From the NCBI GenBank assembly GCA_000442015.1, contig KE561091.1, positions 1 to 45,850 of the forward strand: DNA of 45,850 nucleotides, in the 5' to 3' direction. The notes beneath the pieces were generated by a model. The model was not told the origin of the DNA, searched no databases, and saw only the letters and a list, made by a program, of their open reading frames with translations. The position numbers and the translations under genes are program-made. The stretch is from Rozella allomycis CSF55. Its lineage: Eukaryota. Shown here piece by piece: positions 12,360 to 25,380 of the stretch (its first letter is position 1; each line of letters opens with the position of its first letter).

Positions 12360-12789
12360 CTGCTATCCAAAATTGTGGCTGATGTAGTACCTTAAATGAA
12401 AAAGATGTTGTTGTCTGACCGGTTGGCATTAAATTTCCGTAACTAGCTCCGGAGAGTATAAATATCGACATCGTTATTTATTAATAAACCCAAATAATTG
12501 GGAACTTTTGAAAATTAACAAGTTTAATATTCTCTTTATTACAACATATATTGTAAAATATATTTAAATATTGGACTGCTGTCTGCTAGTGCTTTTTCGA
12601 AAATGTCTTGAAGAGTTAGATTTTTGAAAGATTATTTGAAAATGATTAGATGATCATGATATAACTGTCTGTGTCAATGATAAATGAGTCGATGGAATGG
12701 TTGTGGATAAACAATAGAAAATTGATTTGAAAATCAGAAAATTGTTTTCCGATTGAGGGTCATTGCCAAGCGTTGTTTATATTTTGATC

Positions 12790-13700
12790 ATGGATATAAA
12801 CGATTTAGGAAACTTGGCTAACGTAGGTTTTACGTTAACTCCTGAGGAATTAACAGCCGTAAGTTCATCTTTGACATTATTGCAAACATCTCAGGGGTAT
12901 TCCGGAGTGAGATTATGGGGAAAAGTGTTAGGCATTCAAAGAGACTATTACGTCGCATTTTGTAATGGGAAAGACATAGTTTCAGATAAGAACTTCTTCA
13001 TATCGTAAAACCTTACATAGTCTTTTTCTTAGTTTTGACTTAGTGCAGTGGATGCAGTTACCAAACGTAACTGCTGAAGAAAAAAAGCTTACTAGTCGTA
13101 TTCATCAAAGGTTTTTAGGAGATCCGTCCTATGAATATGTCATTCGTAATTAATTTAAATTCTAAAAATTAGAAAACACTAAACAACCCGAAGTCCAAGA
13201 AAGCACCACCATTACAGAAGAGAAAAGATTAATTGCCATGATTGAGCGAATCCATGATGAAACATTTATCATGCCAAGAGGTTCTGTTTACAGAGACTTT
13301 AGTACTAATAGCATTGTCTTAAACCCCACTTTCAAAGGTAATTGTCTTCATTTGCGTTTACAAACAGGGTTGTCATATGACGAAGCAACACAAATGAACT
13401 TTTATTATCACTCCAAGCCCTCTGATGGCTTCATAAGAAGATCAAAAATGGATCCCGATGATATTATCGACGAATTTGACTTATTTGACGCCTTAACAGA
13501 TCAAAATCCCAATTGTAACTTAAATAATAAAATTAAGAGTAGTCTGGCATCTAGGCAGTGCTGAAAATGGGATGCTTGTATGTCTAAAGAATGCGAAATG
13601 GCCTGGATCAGTGTCTTTTCACCGCTCTCAAAATAGATCTTTCGGATCATTTTATTTTGGCCTTGGTGTGGAAAACAGAGAAATCGGGTATGGATTTTAG
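12790..13700 (+). CDS. RSPH9: Flagellar radial spoke head protein 9 homolog; spliced
   Basis: SLTLLQ...VRLWGKVLGIQRDYYVA, RFLGDPSYEY, ITEEKRLIAMI, PRGS, NPTFKG, KWPG, YFGLG: RSP9 family motifs. Confidence 0.9.
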
Positions 13701-13730
13701 TAAAGTGTTAAATCGGCATGTCAGTTCGGT

Positions 13731-14396
13731 TTATTTTTTTTGCTTTCTTTTTCTCAATTCAATTTCTTTTTCCTCTTCTTCAATTAATGCAAGTGCATTT
13801 TTTTCCGCCTCAAAGTTTAGTCTTTCTAGTTCCTTAGCTTTCCTTTGTTTTTCAATTTCCATTCTTTTCATTTCTTTGTTTTTTCTTTCCATCTCTTGTT
13901 CCTTTCTTATTTGATAACTTGCGACATTTTTAGCCTCAGATACAATCGTTTGCCCCCATTTCGGCTGATGAAGTTCAGCCTCTGACCTAATATCTAAAAG
14001 CTCCAATTGAATTTCTCTAATGGCCCTAGATGCACCCTGATTACTAGCAAATAAGTGTTTTTACAAGCACCATTTCTTCAGGAATTACTCCTTCGGTTTG
14101 AAGCCTCTTGAGAACAGGTATTTCATCTTCTAACTTTTCAGCTCGAGTAATAGCATTAATAGCCCTAAGAAAAAGTGCTTTTTTAATATCTTTTGGATCG
14201 GCTTTCGGTTTACTATTCAAAAGCTCGTAGTATTTGTCCTTTTCAACATTGTGAGTAAACCAAACATATTCATCGTCTAAGCTTAAAGGAGCTATTCTAA
14301 TTTACCTGATACATTTTTTCTTTTGTAATATAATATTGTGAGGACAATAATAATACACCAGAAGCCTAAATAACCAGCAGTCAAAGGTATGGACAT
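13731..14396 (-). CDS. SEC66: Sec62/63 translocon subunit Sec66 (Sec71); spliced
   Basis: N-terminal TM (GYLGFWCIIIVLTIIYY), WFTHNVEKDKYYEL, IKKALFLRA, SEAELHQPKWGQTI. Confidence 0.8.
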
Positions 14397-14438
14397 CTTA
14401 CAGTGCAAAGTAGAAAATTACAAAATGCAAGTGACAAT

Positions 14439-17391
14439 TTATTTTGGATCAAACAAAGATTCATATATATGGTACAGCTCTTCCTTGTGCAGCTTTGAAA
14501 ATCCTGCAGCAGGTGAACTAGATGCCGGACGCCCTACATATTTAATAGTCTCTAAGAGTATAGCTTGCAATCTAGGATAAACGTACGTATAAGCGCCCAT
14601 ATTTTGATGCTCCTCCTGGCACCAAAGGAATTTCTTAATATTTTTAAATTTAAGTTGATTCCTCAGGGTAATTAAATCGTTCCAAGGAAATGGACACAAT
14701 TCCTAATATATATACACAATACTTTTACTTCAATCCGGACAAGCATGAAATTTTTCATGTTCCTTTTCCTTATTTCTTTAGCTATTTCATAGTAGAATTT
14801 GCCGCTTAGGAAGATCACAGTATCGATCCTAGTACATAAATACGAATCTATTACTCTGATTTAAGATCTTCTTGATCGAATATAAGTGTTTTAAACTCAC
14901 CGTCAGATAACTCATCCAATGTACTCCTTGCCTCAGGAAGACGCAATAGCATTTTCGGAGAAAATATTATCAATGGCTTTCGAAGTCTTGATTTCATCTA
15001 CATTACTTATAGTGTTATAAGTTACTTGCCTTCGCAATAAATGAAAATATTGGGCTGGTGTTGAGGGATTAGCAATGTACATATTGAAATATTCTCCTTC
15101 AGAAGGAATAAAACGTTCATTAGAAAGTTGCAAAAAGCGCTCTATTCTGGCGCTACTATGTTCCGGTCCCGCGCCATCGTAGCCGTGTGGTAAAAGGAGT
15201 ACCATTGCAGATTGAACCATCCATTTTGATTCCCCTCCTGAAATAAATGCGTCGATTATGATTTGAGCCCCATTTAAGAAGTCTCCGAACTGTGCTTCCC
15301 AAATTACAAGCCTATTTCTTGACTCCAAGCTGACTCCGTAGTCAAACCCCATAACAGCGAATTCGCTTAAAAAACTATTTGCAAACTAGATTAATTAAAC
15401 AGAATATCTTTACTTCTATTTTTCCTTGATCTCTAGACATGATATTTAGAGGAATAATGACGGAATCGTTAGTTTGGTCAACAAGAATGCCGTGTCTCTG
15501 TGAGAATGTACCGCGCCCAACATCCTGCCCACTAAGACGTACATGATAACCTTAAAAATTAAGTTCTTATTTTATAAATACCCTCTAAAAGAAGAGAACC
15601 GAAAGCAAGAGACTCTGCAGTAGCCCAATCAATTCTCTCATCATTCAAATCCTTAAGTCTCTCGGAAATAAAGAATTTTATTAGCCTTGGATGAATTTGC
15701 TAATATAATTTGTTAGTAAATATACCATAGCTGATGGAATTTCGACCGATTTGACGCCAATCTCCTTTAGTGTATTCTTGGCCACTTTTGTGTTTACGAA
15801 ATTGGAATCATTGTCCTTGTCCTTTTGATTTGGCTTTCAGTTTTTTAATTATATATTACTCTTAGTTGTATTGTATCCACCTTTTTCAGACAATCATCTA
15901 AATATTGAAAAAACGCAGTGCGAATGTCTGTAATAGACTTTTCCTCGATCACACTTGTTTTAAGCAATAATTTCGAGTATTTGTCAGCTATTGATACCCC
16001 CTCTCTTATTTTCGTGTACATCAACGGTTGAGTAAAGGATGGTTCATCGAGTTCATTGTGTCCCCACCTTCTGAAAACTTGAAGATCTATAACGACGTCT
16101 TTTCTCATAGCCTGACGATAATCTATTGCAAGTCTGGTGGCATGATAAACAGCCTTTTTACATATATATCAATGAAATACTTCTGGATTTAACCCGTTTA
16201 CATGTATCACGGGTGCGTCGACTATCTTGGCAATGTCAGATGCATATTTGGAAGACCTTGAATTATCCTTTTCACAAGTATAGCCTATTTGATTATTAAC
16301 AATTATGTGAACGCTCCCTCCACATGAATAGTGAGGTAAATTTGACATAGCAATACACCCTGACCATAAAATGCTGCGTCACCGTGTATTTGTAAGCATA
16401 AGACTTTATCTCCCAATTTTTGTGATTTTCCTTGCTCTATAAATGCATGCTCTTTGGCCCGGGACTTACCCATCGCTACAGGATTAATAGCCTTAAAAAA
16501 TGTAATATAGTTGTCATTGTACTTCTAAATGAGATGGATTTGGTAACAGTGATATATGTATTTTCCTTCCGTCTATGTCCAAGTCTTTGAATATGGCTAA
16601 AACATTCTAATGGTAACCTTACATAAATGGCTCAAGACATCTCCAGATATCCCTGCTAGTTGTCCGAATTCACTATTTCCTTTTAGCTTGTAGAATGTTC
16701 TTCGTGGATCATCTTTTAGCAAAACTTGTAACAAATTCAATCGTCCCCTGTGAGGCATTCCTATGACAACGTTTTCAATACCGTCAAATATATTGATATT
16801 TATGTTATTACGATTGACGCAACCAAGTATCAAGGACTGGACGCTTGTTAACATCGTTTCGCCACCTTCTAATCCATATCGTTTGACTTGACCGAATCTT
16901 TTTGACATAAACTGGTCCCAAACCTATAAAAGAAATAGACTAGTGATTACTTCAGATTGCAAAAGATACTTTAATATATCGCGTCTTACATCACTACTAA
17001 TTTCTTTTGTGCCTGATTCAATTCGATTGATGAACCATTCTCTTTCGTAATGCGACTATTTGTATATAGCTATACAATGACTTACGCTAACATGTCGAAA
17101 TTCATAGCCAATATCACCGCAATAAATTTCCTTCATATTTGAATCAACACAATAATCGAATGGGTAACCGACAAAATCTTGATTTTCTTGTACTTCAAGA
17201 GGGTTTATTGTAGCGTATTGATATCCGTAGAACCTGTATAAGTTTTTGATGTCTGATTTCGCATGAATAAAATTTGAATGCGCTTGTTTGTACGGCGTTA
17301 TTGGAAAGTATCCATATGATGTTTCAGGTGTTTCTTTGTACAGGCGGGTGTTTTTGAATAGCAATGGTAGCCATCTTCTTTTCAACAACAT
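14439..17391 (-). CDS. DHTKD1: 2-oxoacid dehydrogenase E1, DHTKD1/2-oxoadipate-type; multi-exon, frameshift near 16350
   Basis: [87 protein letters not shown]; mitochondrial-type N-terminus. Confidence 0.85.
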
Positions 17392-17525
17392 GAACGATTG
17401 TTTATACTTTGAATTTGCAAATCAAAAATACGGTAAAGATTAAATGAAAATTTTATGATATTTAAAAGCTAGTGTACATGAGGCCACTTTAACGGTGTAA
17501 TTGTGGCTTTTTTGCTTTTTTGTTG

Positions 17526-18145
17526 ATGACAAGATATGCGAGACATCAAAAATCTCACGTCGAGGCGAGTGGATTCAAGCCAAGAAGGTTAGATCCTTAC
17601 GATAAAAGAAAGGAGAAACAGAATTTACCAGAAAGACAAGATATAGCTAAGAGGGTAAAAACTGAATCTAGTGAAAATAGGTCTGTTTTAAATGTCGGGA
17701 ACCTGGACATAGTGTGAAGAATTGCCCTAAAAAAGACGAAAGCGATGTAAATATATGTTTTGTTTGCGGTGAAAATGATCACTCTGCGAAAACATGCCCT
17801 GAAGCTAGAGGGAAAAAGAAGATTGAATATAGATTTGCCAGTTGCTTTATATGCAATGAAATTGGTCATTTGTCTGGACAATGTCCTAAGAATGACAAAG
17901 GCGTTTATGTCAATGGTGGATGTTGCAGGTTTTGTGGTTCCAAGAGCCATTTAGCTAAAGACTGCAAGCCCATGTCAAGTAGAATTTATGATAATATATA
18001 AACAGATGATGAATATTCTATTGGACTAGTTGATGCTGCTCAAGGTGGTGATGACGATGATGCACATTTGGCGCTTCGTAAAATGGGTGAAGAAAAGAAG
18101 CAAGTAAAAGAAAACAAAAAGACTAAAAAAATTGTAAAGTTTTAA
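17526..18145 (+). CDS. CCHC zinc-knuckle protein (ZCCHC9-like); spliced
   Basis: MTRYAR...; four CX2CX4HX4C knuckles (CFKCREPGHSVKNC, CFVCGENDHSAKTC, CFICNEIGHLSGQC, CRFCGSKSHLAKDC); ends KIVKF. Confidence 0.85.
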
Positions 18146-18192
18146 AAATATTTTTTGTATTAATAAAGCATCAATTTTAAATAGAGAAATAT

Positions 18193-21145
18193 TTATTTCT
18201 TTTTAGGTTTCGCCTTTGATTTTTTTTGCTGGAACATTTTGTCTTTGGACACATCTTCATTTTCGGAAATGCTTTCATCTTCAATTTCATCGACATCCTC
18301 ATTTTCAGCTTCGTCATCAATTAACGATTTCTTTTCGACTGGTAAGGCTTTTTTAGACGTTGTGTATAACGAGTAAGGTGTTTTATGAATAGATTTGTTG
18401 TAAGTTCTCGTTAATGAGGATTTCATTTGAGTAGATAGAGTTGGTGTGGGTCGTAGTAAGAATTCGGGTAAAACATCAAAATCTTCTTTGGTGAGATAAT
18501 AATCATCCAGAATTTTAATAGTTTCTTCCACATTGTTCTAATGTTAAAATGATTAATAAGTTACAAATTTTAGCAGTTGGGAATAAAGTTTAGAAGAAAG
18601 AGCTTGAAAGTAGACCAAGCGGAGTTGAGATGAATCAGCAGAAACATTCAAAGAAAGATGTAAAGCCAAATCTTTCAAAATTCGTTGATATTTTAATGAT
18701 TTGGAGTTCATTCCAAGCCAAGAACTAAAATCCAAGCGACCCTGGAGGCGCCCCTTGATGTGATGACATGGCTTGACAGATGAAAGAATACCATGCAAAG
18801 GAGCTAAAGACCAATTTTGGGTAGTTCTAGATTTATTGTAGCGTCAATATTATACCCGTGAATCATTCCATCAACAATGTCAGCATCCGCTATTGAATCA
18901 GCAGCCTTTAAGGTATTCTCCAATGGATCTGAAGAAGTAAAACTTTTTATGTAATTTTCTTGAATCATTAATGGCACAAAAGAATAATCATAAAAATATA
19001 ATTCAAGTCTATCAGATATTGATTTTGATTGATGACTAAATAATTGACCGGTTAAATCAAAAAGTGAAAATTCAACATTTTTCTTATTTTCAGTGGTTCT
19101 GTTTAAGATAATAATGTTTAGTTACAATTTTTTAGCTTGATCATAACCCATGCTGGACTGTGTTGTTTTCCAGGTTGAAATCGTATTGATTATTTGACGA
19201 ATATCAGATTGAGTCCCAGCCACCAGTTGATCTACTGAAGCGGAATCTATTTTCAACCCTTCACGAAAACTAATCATCATAATTCTAGATCTGATTTGAT
19301 TAGCATCTGGCCTATAGCATACAAAACAAATAAATAAATTACCTTTTAAAACGGAGATCAAGGCAATAATTGGCAAGTGAGCGAACTTTTTGACTGCTTC
19401 TATCATTGCAAATACAAATTATAGGCGTCTTTGTCTTTTTAATTATTTGAATAAGTTCTTGCATTCCACCACGATCGCCTGATGACATCCCATCAACTTC
19501 ATCCATCAAAATTAGTTTCTCTAAAACAATAAATGTCCATTTTACCTTTTCTTTCGTCTGCTGAGTGGTTTCACCTTTGAAAAATTGATTCAAAGATTTA
19601 TTATCAATTAAATGCTTCACAGTAGCTTCCAACGATTTCTTACTGCGAGTATCAGATGCGTTAAACTCAATAATAGAATAATTTAGCTCTGATGCAACCA
19701 CAAACACAGAACTGGTCTAAAATATTCAATAAGAATATAAAACTTACCTTTCCTATACCTGGAGGCCCTGAAATTAAAACTGCCTTTTGAGGTGTTGAAC
19801 TAGTCCACCCTTTCAACCAATTAACCAGTTTGTCAACATTGGATTTGTTGCCTACAAGATCTTTTATTTTTTTGGGTTTGTATTTGTCAGTCAAAAGTTG
19901 AAAGTCATTGCCATCCACTACACTCATTTGCGAATCGATTTGGCTGGAATTTTGCGTGTTGCCATTCAAGACCGTTGCACTTTGAGACGCTATCATATTC
20001 TGTGAATTCAATTGGCTTGAATTGGGAATCCTTTCTATTGTATTCGCTTGAGAACTCTCCTGCATCTTTGATTCCCATTCATTTAGTTGCCTCTCTTTGC
20101 CAGGAAGTGATTTTATCAAATTAAAAAATTCTTCTTCGTTTATACACTTTAGATTTAAAGCTTGGGCTTTAGCTAACTTTGTCTGCCCTGGTTCACTACC
20201 AACCACAAGGTAGCTCGTCTTCCTGCTAGGGGCACTTGTGACACGCCTACAACTTAACTTTAGTCTATTTACCCGCCATAACGTTTAATCAAATCTTCAG
20301 CTTCTTCTCGAGTTAAACTACAGTAATTTCCAGTCAAAACAAAGGTCATGCCAGACATACAATTATCAGCACATTCTGGAATTTCCATTGCTATGCCTTC
20401 TACTTTAGGGGCTTCAAGTTTTTTCTTATACTCATAATAACTCGTCTCAAAGCTATGCAACTCTTATTTGAATTTCTTTTTCGGCTCATCTATCACTTTT
20501 TCTTCACTTTTTTCATTCATTCTTTCTTTCAAAATCAAAGCAAAATTTTCATCATTCATAACCTTTATCTCTAGCTGATCCAATTTTTCCTTTCTTGCAA
20601 TAGAAACTGGCTTATTTGTAAGGTAAAAGTCGGCCGTTTTCCCTACATTTGCCAATACGCGCCTATGAATACTAAATCATAGTAATACCCTCCATTGTTG
20701 GTTATAATTTGCTTAATTTCATCTTTACTCCTTCCCATAAATTCTTCATCGTGTACAACAAAAACCAACGATTTCAAAATGCTGGATTTGGAAGACACCA
20801 AGGTTTCTAAAACATCATNAAGATACCAAGGTTTCTAAAACATCATCAGTTTCAGCCAACTCCAACTTTGGCTTTTCCTTTCCTTCAGGATTTACTTCGA
20901 CATTGTTCTCGTCATCAGATTCTAACCTAAAAATAAATATACAAGTAGGCTTACATGCTAATTCTCGCCTTCTTTCTTGGAACCACACGAATTTCATCAT
21001 CGCTTTCTTCAATTTTTACATAAACTTTTGGACAAGTGTTTTCCTTATCAACTACAGGTTTCACTATATCCACGGGATTTGATTTTCTATAATATTTGTA
21101 TCATAAAATTTACTTTGTTTGAAAGTAGTTTCTTAAATCTTTCAT
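18193..21145 (-). CDS. RFC1: Replication factor C large subunit; multi-exon
   Basis: BRCT (GMTFVLTG..REEAEDLIKRYGG..TKLAKA), Walker A SGPPGIGK, EFNASDTRSK, LIMDEVDGMSSGDRGG, KSSLTRTYNK. Confidence 0.95.
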
Positions 21146-21232
21146 AGGAATTTCTAAATTTTGGGAAAATGCGAGCTTAACTTCAATCTTATTGGACACA
21201 TTTAATAATATATATTAAAAATTTAAATTCAT

Positions 21233-22077
21233 TTATTTGGTAATTGGTAGCAAATCTTTCACTAGAAGCAGTTTTTCTCTTGAAATATCCTCCAGAAAGT
21301 CCTCTAAAAATGCATTTTCCAACATTCTTTTGATTATTCTTACATCTTGTTGTGTTCTAGTAAGATACCCTGCAATTTCTATTAAAACGTCAAAAACCCG
21401 TCTCGGAAGCCCTATTCCTTGGAATTTTATGTTATCCAAAACTTGCAAACCACCATTGTCTAAAAGATATTTAATACCATCATCCCAATCCCTTATTAAA
21501 TTTAATAGAGGATATAATAGTCGATTTAACATTCTTTGATCAGCTTCAGTTCTCACAACTTCTAATAGAGCATCAATGATTTCGTATCCATGGCATGCTA
21601 GCTTTGCATCAAGGTTATTCTTGTTAAAAGTGGGATAAAAAATTACTTGAACTAATGAGCCGAGGATAATTGCCGCCTTTTCTTTTCTTTCAGTATTACT
21701 GGCTTTCAAAACATCAAGTAAAAGTGAGTGTCCTCCTCTCTTGCAAAAAACAATACCTTGGTTGGAATTTGAAAACAAATATTACTTTGATCAACGTCTC
21801 CCGCAAAATCTTCAATATTGTTTAATACCAAATCAACATCCTTTCCGACTTCATCATTTTCTAACCACTCGTTTATCTCGCTTTCAAGTATAATATTATT
21901 CAAGGTTTTCTCATAATAGCGAGCTGTTCTTTTCAATGAAATTTCTTCATTTTGCTGTTTTTGGAAGTGATTTTGAAGGAGAGCATCAAGATCTAAAGAT
22001 TCCTTTGGAGTTGACATAACATCTAAACATTCGCGGAATGGTGACAAGAAAAGTAAAGCTACAAAACTTGACAACAT
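21233..22077 (-). CDS. Hsp70 nucleotide exchange factor, Sil1/Fes1-like, with signal peptide; spliced
   Basis: Hydrophobic N-terminus MLSSFVALLFL; LNNIEDFAGDVDQ-GIVF..GG; KAAIILGSLVQ-NN ARM motifs; no clear ER-retention tail. Confidence 0.65.
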
Positions 22078-22133
22078 TGTGGCTGAGTTTACACGTAATT
22101 CAACAAAAAAATGCAATTATTTTATAAAATATT

Positions 22134-22635
22134 TTATTCTTGCGTATCCATTTCCATTTCTGATGTTTCTTTTATCTTTTGTTTTGCAGCAAGGGGTGAA
22201 ATAATGAGGTCAATTCCTCTTTCAACTTCGAGATGCATTTCCTTTCTCTCCTGTTCTTTCTTGTGTTTCATACGATTAACAAAAAATTGTCTTGCTCTGT
22301 TGCTCTTAATCTCTTGAATTCTTTTAATTGCTTTGACGGTTGTTTCCATCAAGTTTCTGTCGTATCGAACTGGAACGTTTCTTCTCTTCTCAAACTCAAA
22401 TGTTGAGTCCACAGTCATTTCTTTTCCAGCGCTTCGTCTAAATGCCTTTGTCCATTTGGTTTTTCTTGGATTTCTCTTCATTTTAAAGTTCTTGTGACAT
22501 TTACTTCTGCAAAAACGAAAAATCTAGAAATCTTTTATAGAAACATTTGTTTACCTTGGCATCATTTCTTACAAACATTATACCATGACCGGGATAAACT
22601 GTTGAAGAGCAAAAGAAACACTTTTCTAAACGCAT
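22134..22635 (-). CDS. RLP24: Ribosome biogenesis protein Rlp24 (L24e family); one intron
   Basis: [56 protein letters not shown]. Confidence 0.96.
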
Positions 22636-22687
22636 TTTTCAATACGTGGCTTGGACCTTCCAGTCACCCAGGGGCTAGTTGTGAATT

Positions 22688-23020
22688 ATGACCAAAAGAG
22701 ATTATCAAGAATATATATGCGATGTTACATCAATAGATAATGTACAAAAGAAGCTTAGAACAATCAATTTAGAAGTTCCTGTTAGGCCACTGCAACTAGG
22801 ATTTCTTTTACCCGATAATTCTAGGATATTGACCAAAGTTTTTAATACTCATACTAAAGCTGTAGATCTTTATTTTTGGATGTCCAAAGACATTTTGAAT
22901 AAAGACCCCAGTGAGTTTGAAATTAAGTGGTACCCTTTGAACTCTCTTCCGGCAACAAATGATAAGCTTATAGACATTGGAGTTAAGGTGAACACATTTT
23001 TCTTTGTAAATATTTTGTAG
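22688..23020 (+). CDS. Small protein with probable UBX/ubiquitin-like fold
   Basis: LQLGFLLPDNSRILTKVFN...DLYFW...YP...KLIDIGV pattern typical of UBX domains. Confidence 0.5.
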   Translation: MTKRDYQEYICDVTSIDNVQKKLRTINLEVPVRPLQLGFLLPDNSRILTKVFNTHTKAVDLYFWMSKDILNKDPSEFEIKWYPLNSLPATNDKLIDIGVKVNTFFFVNIL

Positions 23021-23345
23021 ATACGATTTTGATTACTAAGGTCTCAAAATAAATGCATATTTGTACTTATCCGCATGTAACTTCTGAGATTAATCTANTT
23101 TATTTAAAAGTTTACGCCAGTTCCTTTTTGCTAATGGCATGCGCGATACTGCCAAAGGATCACGCCCATTCATTTAGAGTTGATTCCATACAGAAAGGGG
23201 AAAATATAAAACCTTGTCCTCACACNCATTAAATCGGTTACTATTTTCAAAAACAATTCAGGAATCCATTTTACCGCATTCTTCTATCGCTCGGGACCTT
23301 CATTTACCGTTTTCCTTATTCGAATCCCGTGTGAAATGTAGACTC

Positions 23346-23450
23346 TGTCGCCCCATGTGCTTATAGTATTATAGTATCTTAATCCTCATAAATTGGATAG
23401 TAATTTAAAAGATAAATGAGTAAAACGAATGTCGATGATGAATTATCCCA
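23346..23450 (-). mobile_element. Fragment (3' end) of the LTR seen at 43597-44260
   Basis: Reverse complement shares ttactatccaatttatgaggattaagatactata...gca.atgg.gcgaca with 44210-44260; homology stops exactly at the GACA terminus. Confidence 0.75.
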
Positions 23451-23759
23451 GCATGTTGTTCTACGATTGCGGAGTTGCAGAATCCATACATTAATGATCT
23501 CACTTCGAGAATAGTTTACTATTAATACGTTGTACTAAAAAAGGCGCCATTATATATAAAATAAAAACGTTTTCGTGAACTTTCGCGAGGATATATCATG
23601 ATGTAGACAAATAATTATTCTTGGCAAATCACCATTAAAGTTCGATTTAAATTTTTAATTCAGAAGATGCTTAATTGCTTATGCCAATGAACACCAATAA
23701 GTTATGCGAATTGTTTTATACATAGGTCCGGGAATTATCATTTATTTCTTATAAACTAA

Positions 23760-25328
23760 TTAGCAATCACCAAGCAGAAATTTGTAGACAAGCAAGCCGA
23801 CATCTCGATATTTTAAAAGATTACGCGTGCCTAGATTCAAGAAAAATGCTTTGATATCTGGACCGATGCCTGTCTCTTTGAAAATTATTCTAAAGTAACA
23901 ACCATTTCTTGGGATTTTAGGTGTTATATGTAAGTTGAACGATTCTACTTCGAATTCAACATGAGATAGAGGCTTCGGTTGGCGATTTGTTACAAGGGTA
24001 TCGATGAGATTTGAAAATGGAAAATAGTTAAAAACGTATAGCAGACACTTTAATAAATCGTGAACTATTTTGTAAAATGCTTGATTTAAAGTGAATAACA
24101 AATAGTAAACAAAAACTGTTGGAAAAAGGAAAGTCAATACCGTAAACATAATTGTACCTAAAAGTAATTGATTAGAAGAAAAATCGGATGGTTCAAATCT
24201 ATTTCTCAAAACGTTATATTTTTTCCCTTGGAATAAATGAAACAACGAAATTAGTAGCCCGATGTGCCAATGGTATATTCTTGACGTCATTGAATAAAAC
24301 AATGTGAAGTGAAAGTATGAAAATGAGAAAATATCAATTATGAGAGACAAACCTAAACTTAATCCAATAATTGACACGAAAGCTATGATTACGAGGATAA
24401 ATGGAAGAGCCCATTTCAGTGGAAGAATAGCGCTAGTCCAAATCTTTAATATCCAAAGAAATAGTTCCCCCAAAAATTTATCCAAGTTGTTGTTCAACTT
24501 CAAGCCAGCAGGCCAACCCATCAACCAATGTATCATTTCTTCCAGTTTGTACAGCGCACTATTAGTATACACGTCAACAATTTTTTGTGATAAGCATTTG
24601 TGATGATACAAAATGAAGAAACAAAATAGTGATCCAACTAGAGTGTCAACAATTAACTGAACACATTCTGATCGACTTTTCCATTTCTTATTCCTTTTTA
24701 GCTGAGTTAAGAAAAACGAAGTATTAAAAATTCTGTTGCTATTTTCAGACTTTTCATTATGCTTGTTGTGATGAATTGCGCGCGGGTTTTCGATACCCGC
24801 GTCGTCGATTTTATTTTGGACCGCATTATTTAAAAATGGAGTTTCGCTTATGCATCTTATCATCCTCGTAAAATCACTCTCGTAGTTAAATTTTTCATCA
24901 ACGAGTTGTTTTACAAATATGGCCCTCTTTATTGACAACATGGAATAAAAGAATATCTGAAAGTCCTTTATGGCAAATGCATAATTGTAGCAGTGTAATT
25001 GTCTTAAAATAGGTATTTTATGTTCCACTATCTCAATTTCAATCCATAAATTTGCATTTTCCCTGTATTTAGCAAATTCTTGTTCTCTATCTGCTGGTTT
25101 TTCCAAGTAACAATAACCGATTATTAAAGCTGGTGAAAACTGTGATTCTCTATTATCATAGTGTCGAACTTTGTTATCCACATTTTGTAATGAATCATCA
25201 AAGACAATTGACGAAATACATGCTGTAAGACTATCAACATTCCAACCAACAAGATAGCCTATACTAAATTCAATTGGAATAAAATGATCCTTTGGCCATA
25301 CAATTTTGCTAATTTCTGCTTCCACCAT
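23760..25328 (-). CDS. GPI1: GPI-GlcNAc transferase subunit Gpi1/PIG-Q
   Basis: GYLVGWN, WLMGWPAGLKLNNNLDKFLGELFLW, SLFHLFQGKKYNVLRNR, QLLLGTIMFTVLTFLFPTVFVYY; probable start MVEAEISK. Confidence 0.93.
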   Translation of the reverse strand: MVEAEISKIVWPKDHFIPIEFSIGYLVGWNVDSLTACISSIVFDDSLQNVDNKVRHYDNRESQFSPALIIGYCYLEKPADREQEFAKYRENANLWIEIEIVEHKIPILRQLHCYNYAFAIKDFQIFFYSMLSIKRAIFVKQLVDEKFNYESDFTRMIRCISETPFLNNAVQNKIDDAGIENPRAIHHNKHNEKSENSNRIFNTSFFLTQLKRNKKWKSRSECVQLIVDTLVGSLFCFFILYHHKCLSQKIVDVYTNSALYKLEEMIHWLMGWPAGLKLNNNLDKFLGELFLWILKIWTSAILPLKWALPFILVIIAFVSIIGLSLGLSLIIDIFSFSYFHFTLFYSMTSRIYHWHIGLLISLFHLFQGKKYNVLRNRFEPSDFSSNQLLLGTIMFTVLTFLFPTVFVYYLLFTLNQAFYKIVHDLLKCLLYVFNYFPFSNLIDTLVTNRQPKPLSHVEFEVESFNLHITPKIPRNGCYFRIIFKETGIGPDIKAFFLNLGTRNLLKYRDVGLLVYKFLLGDC

Positions 25329-25380
25329 TTGGAAATATAGAGAATACTTTAGGAAAGTATCAAAAATATGAAATAGTGCT

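Noticed and set aside
20790..20850. About 27-bp direct duplication (aaga.accaaggtttctaaaacatcat) in RFC1
   Set aside because: The copies flank an N base, so this is most likely a contig-join artefact.
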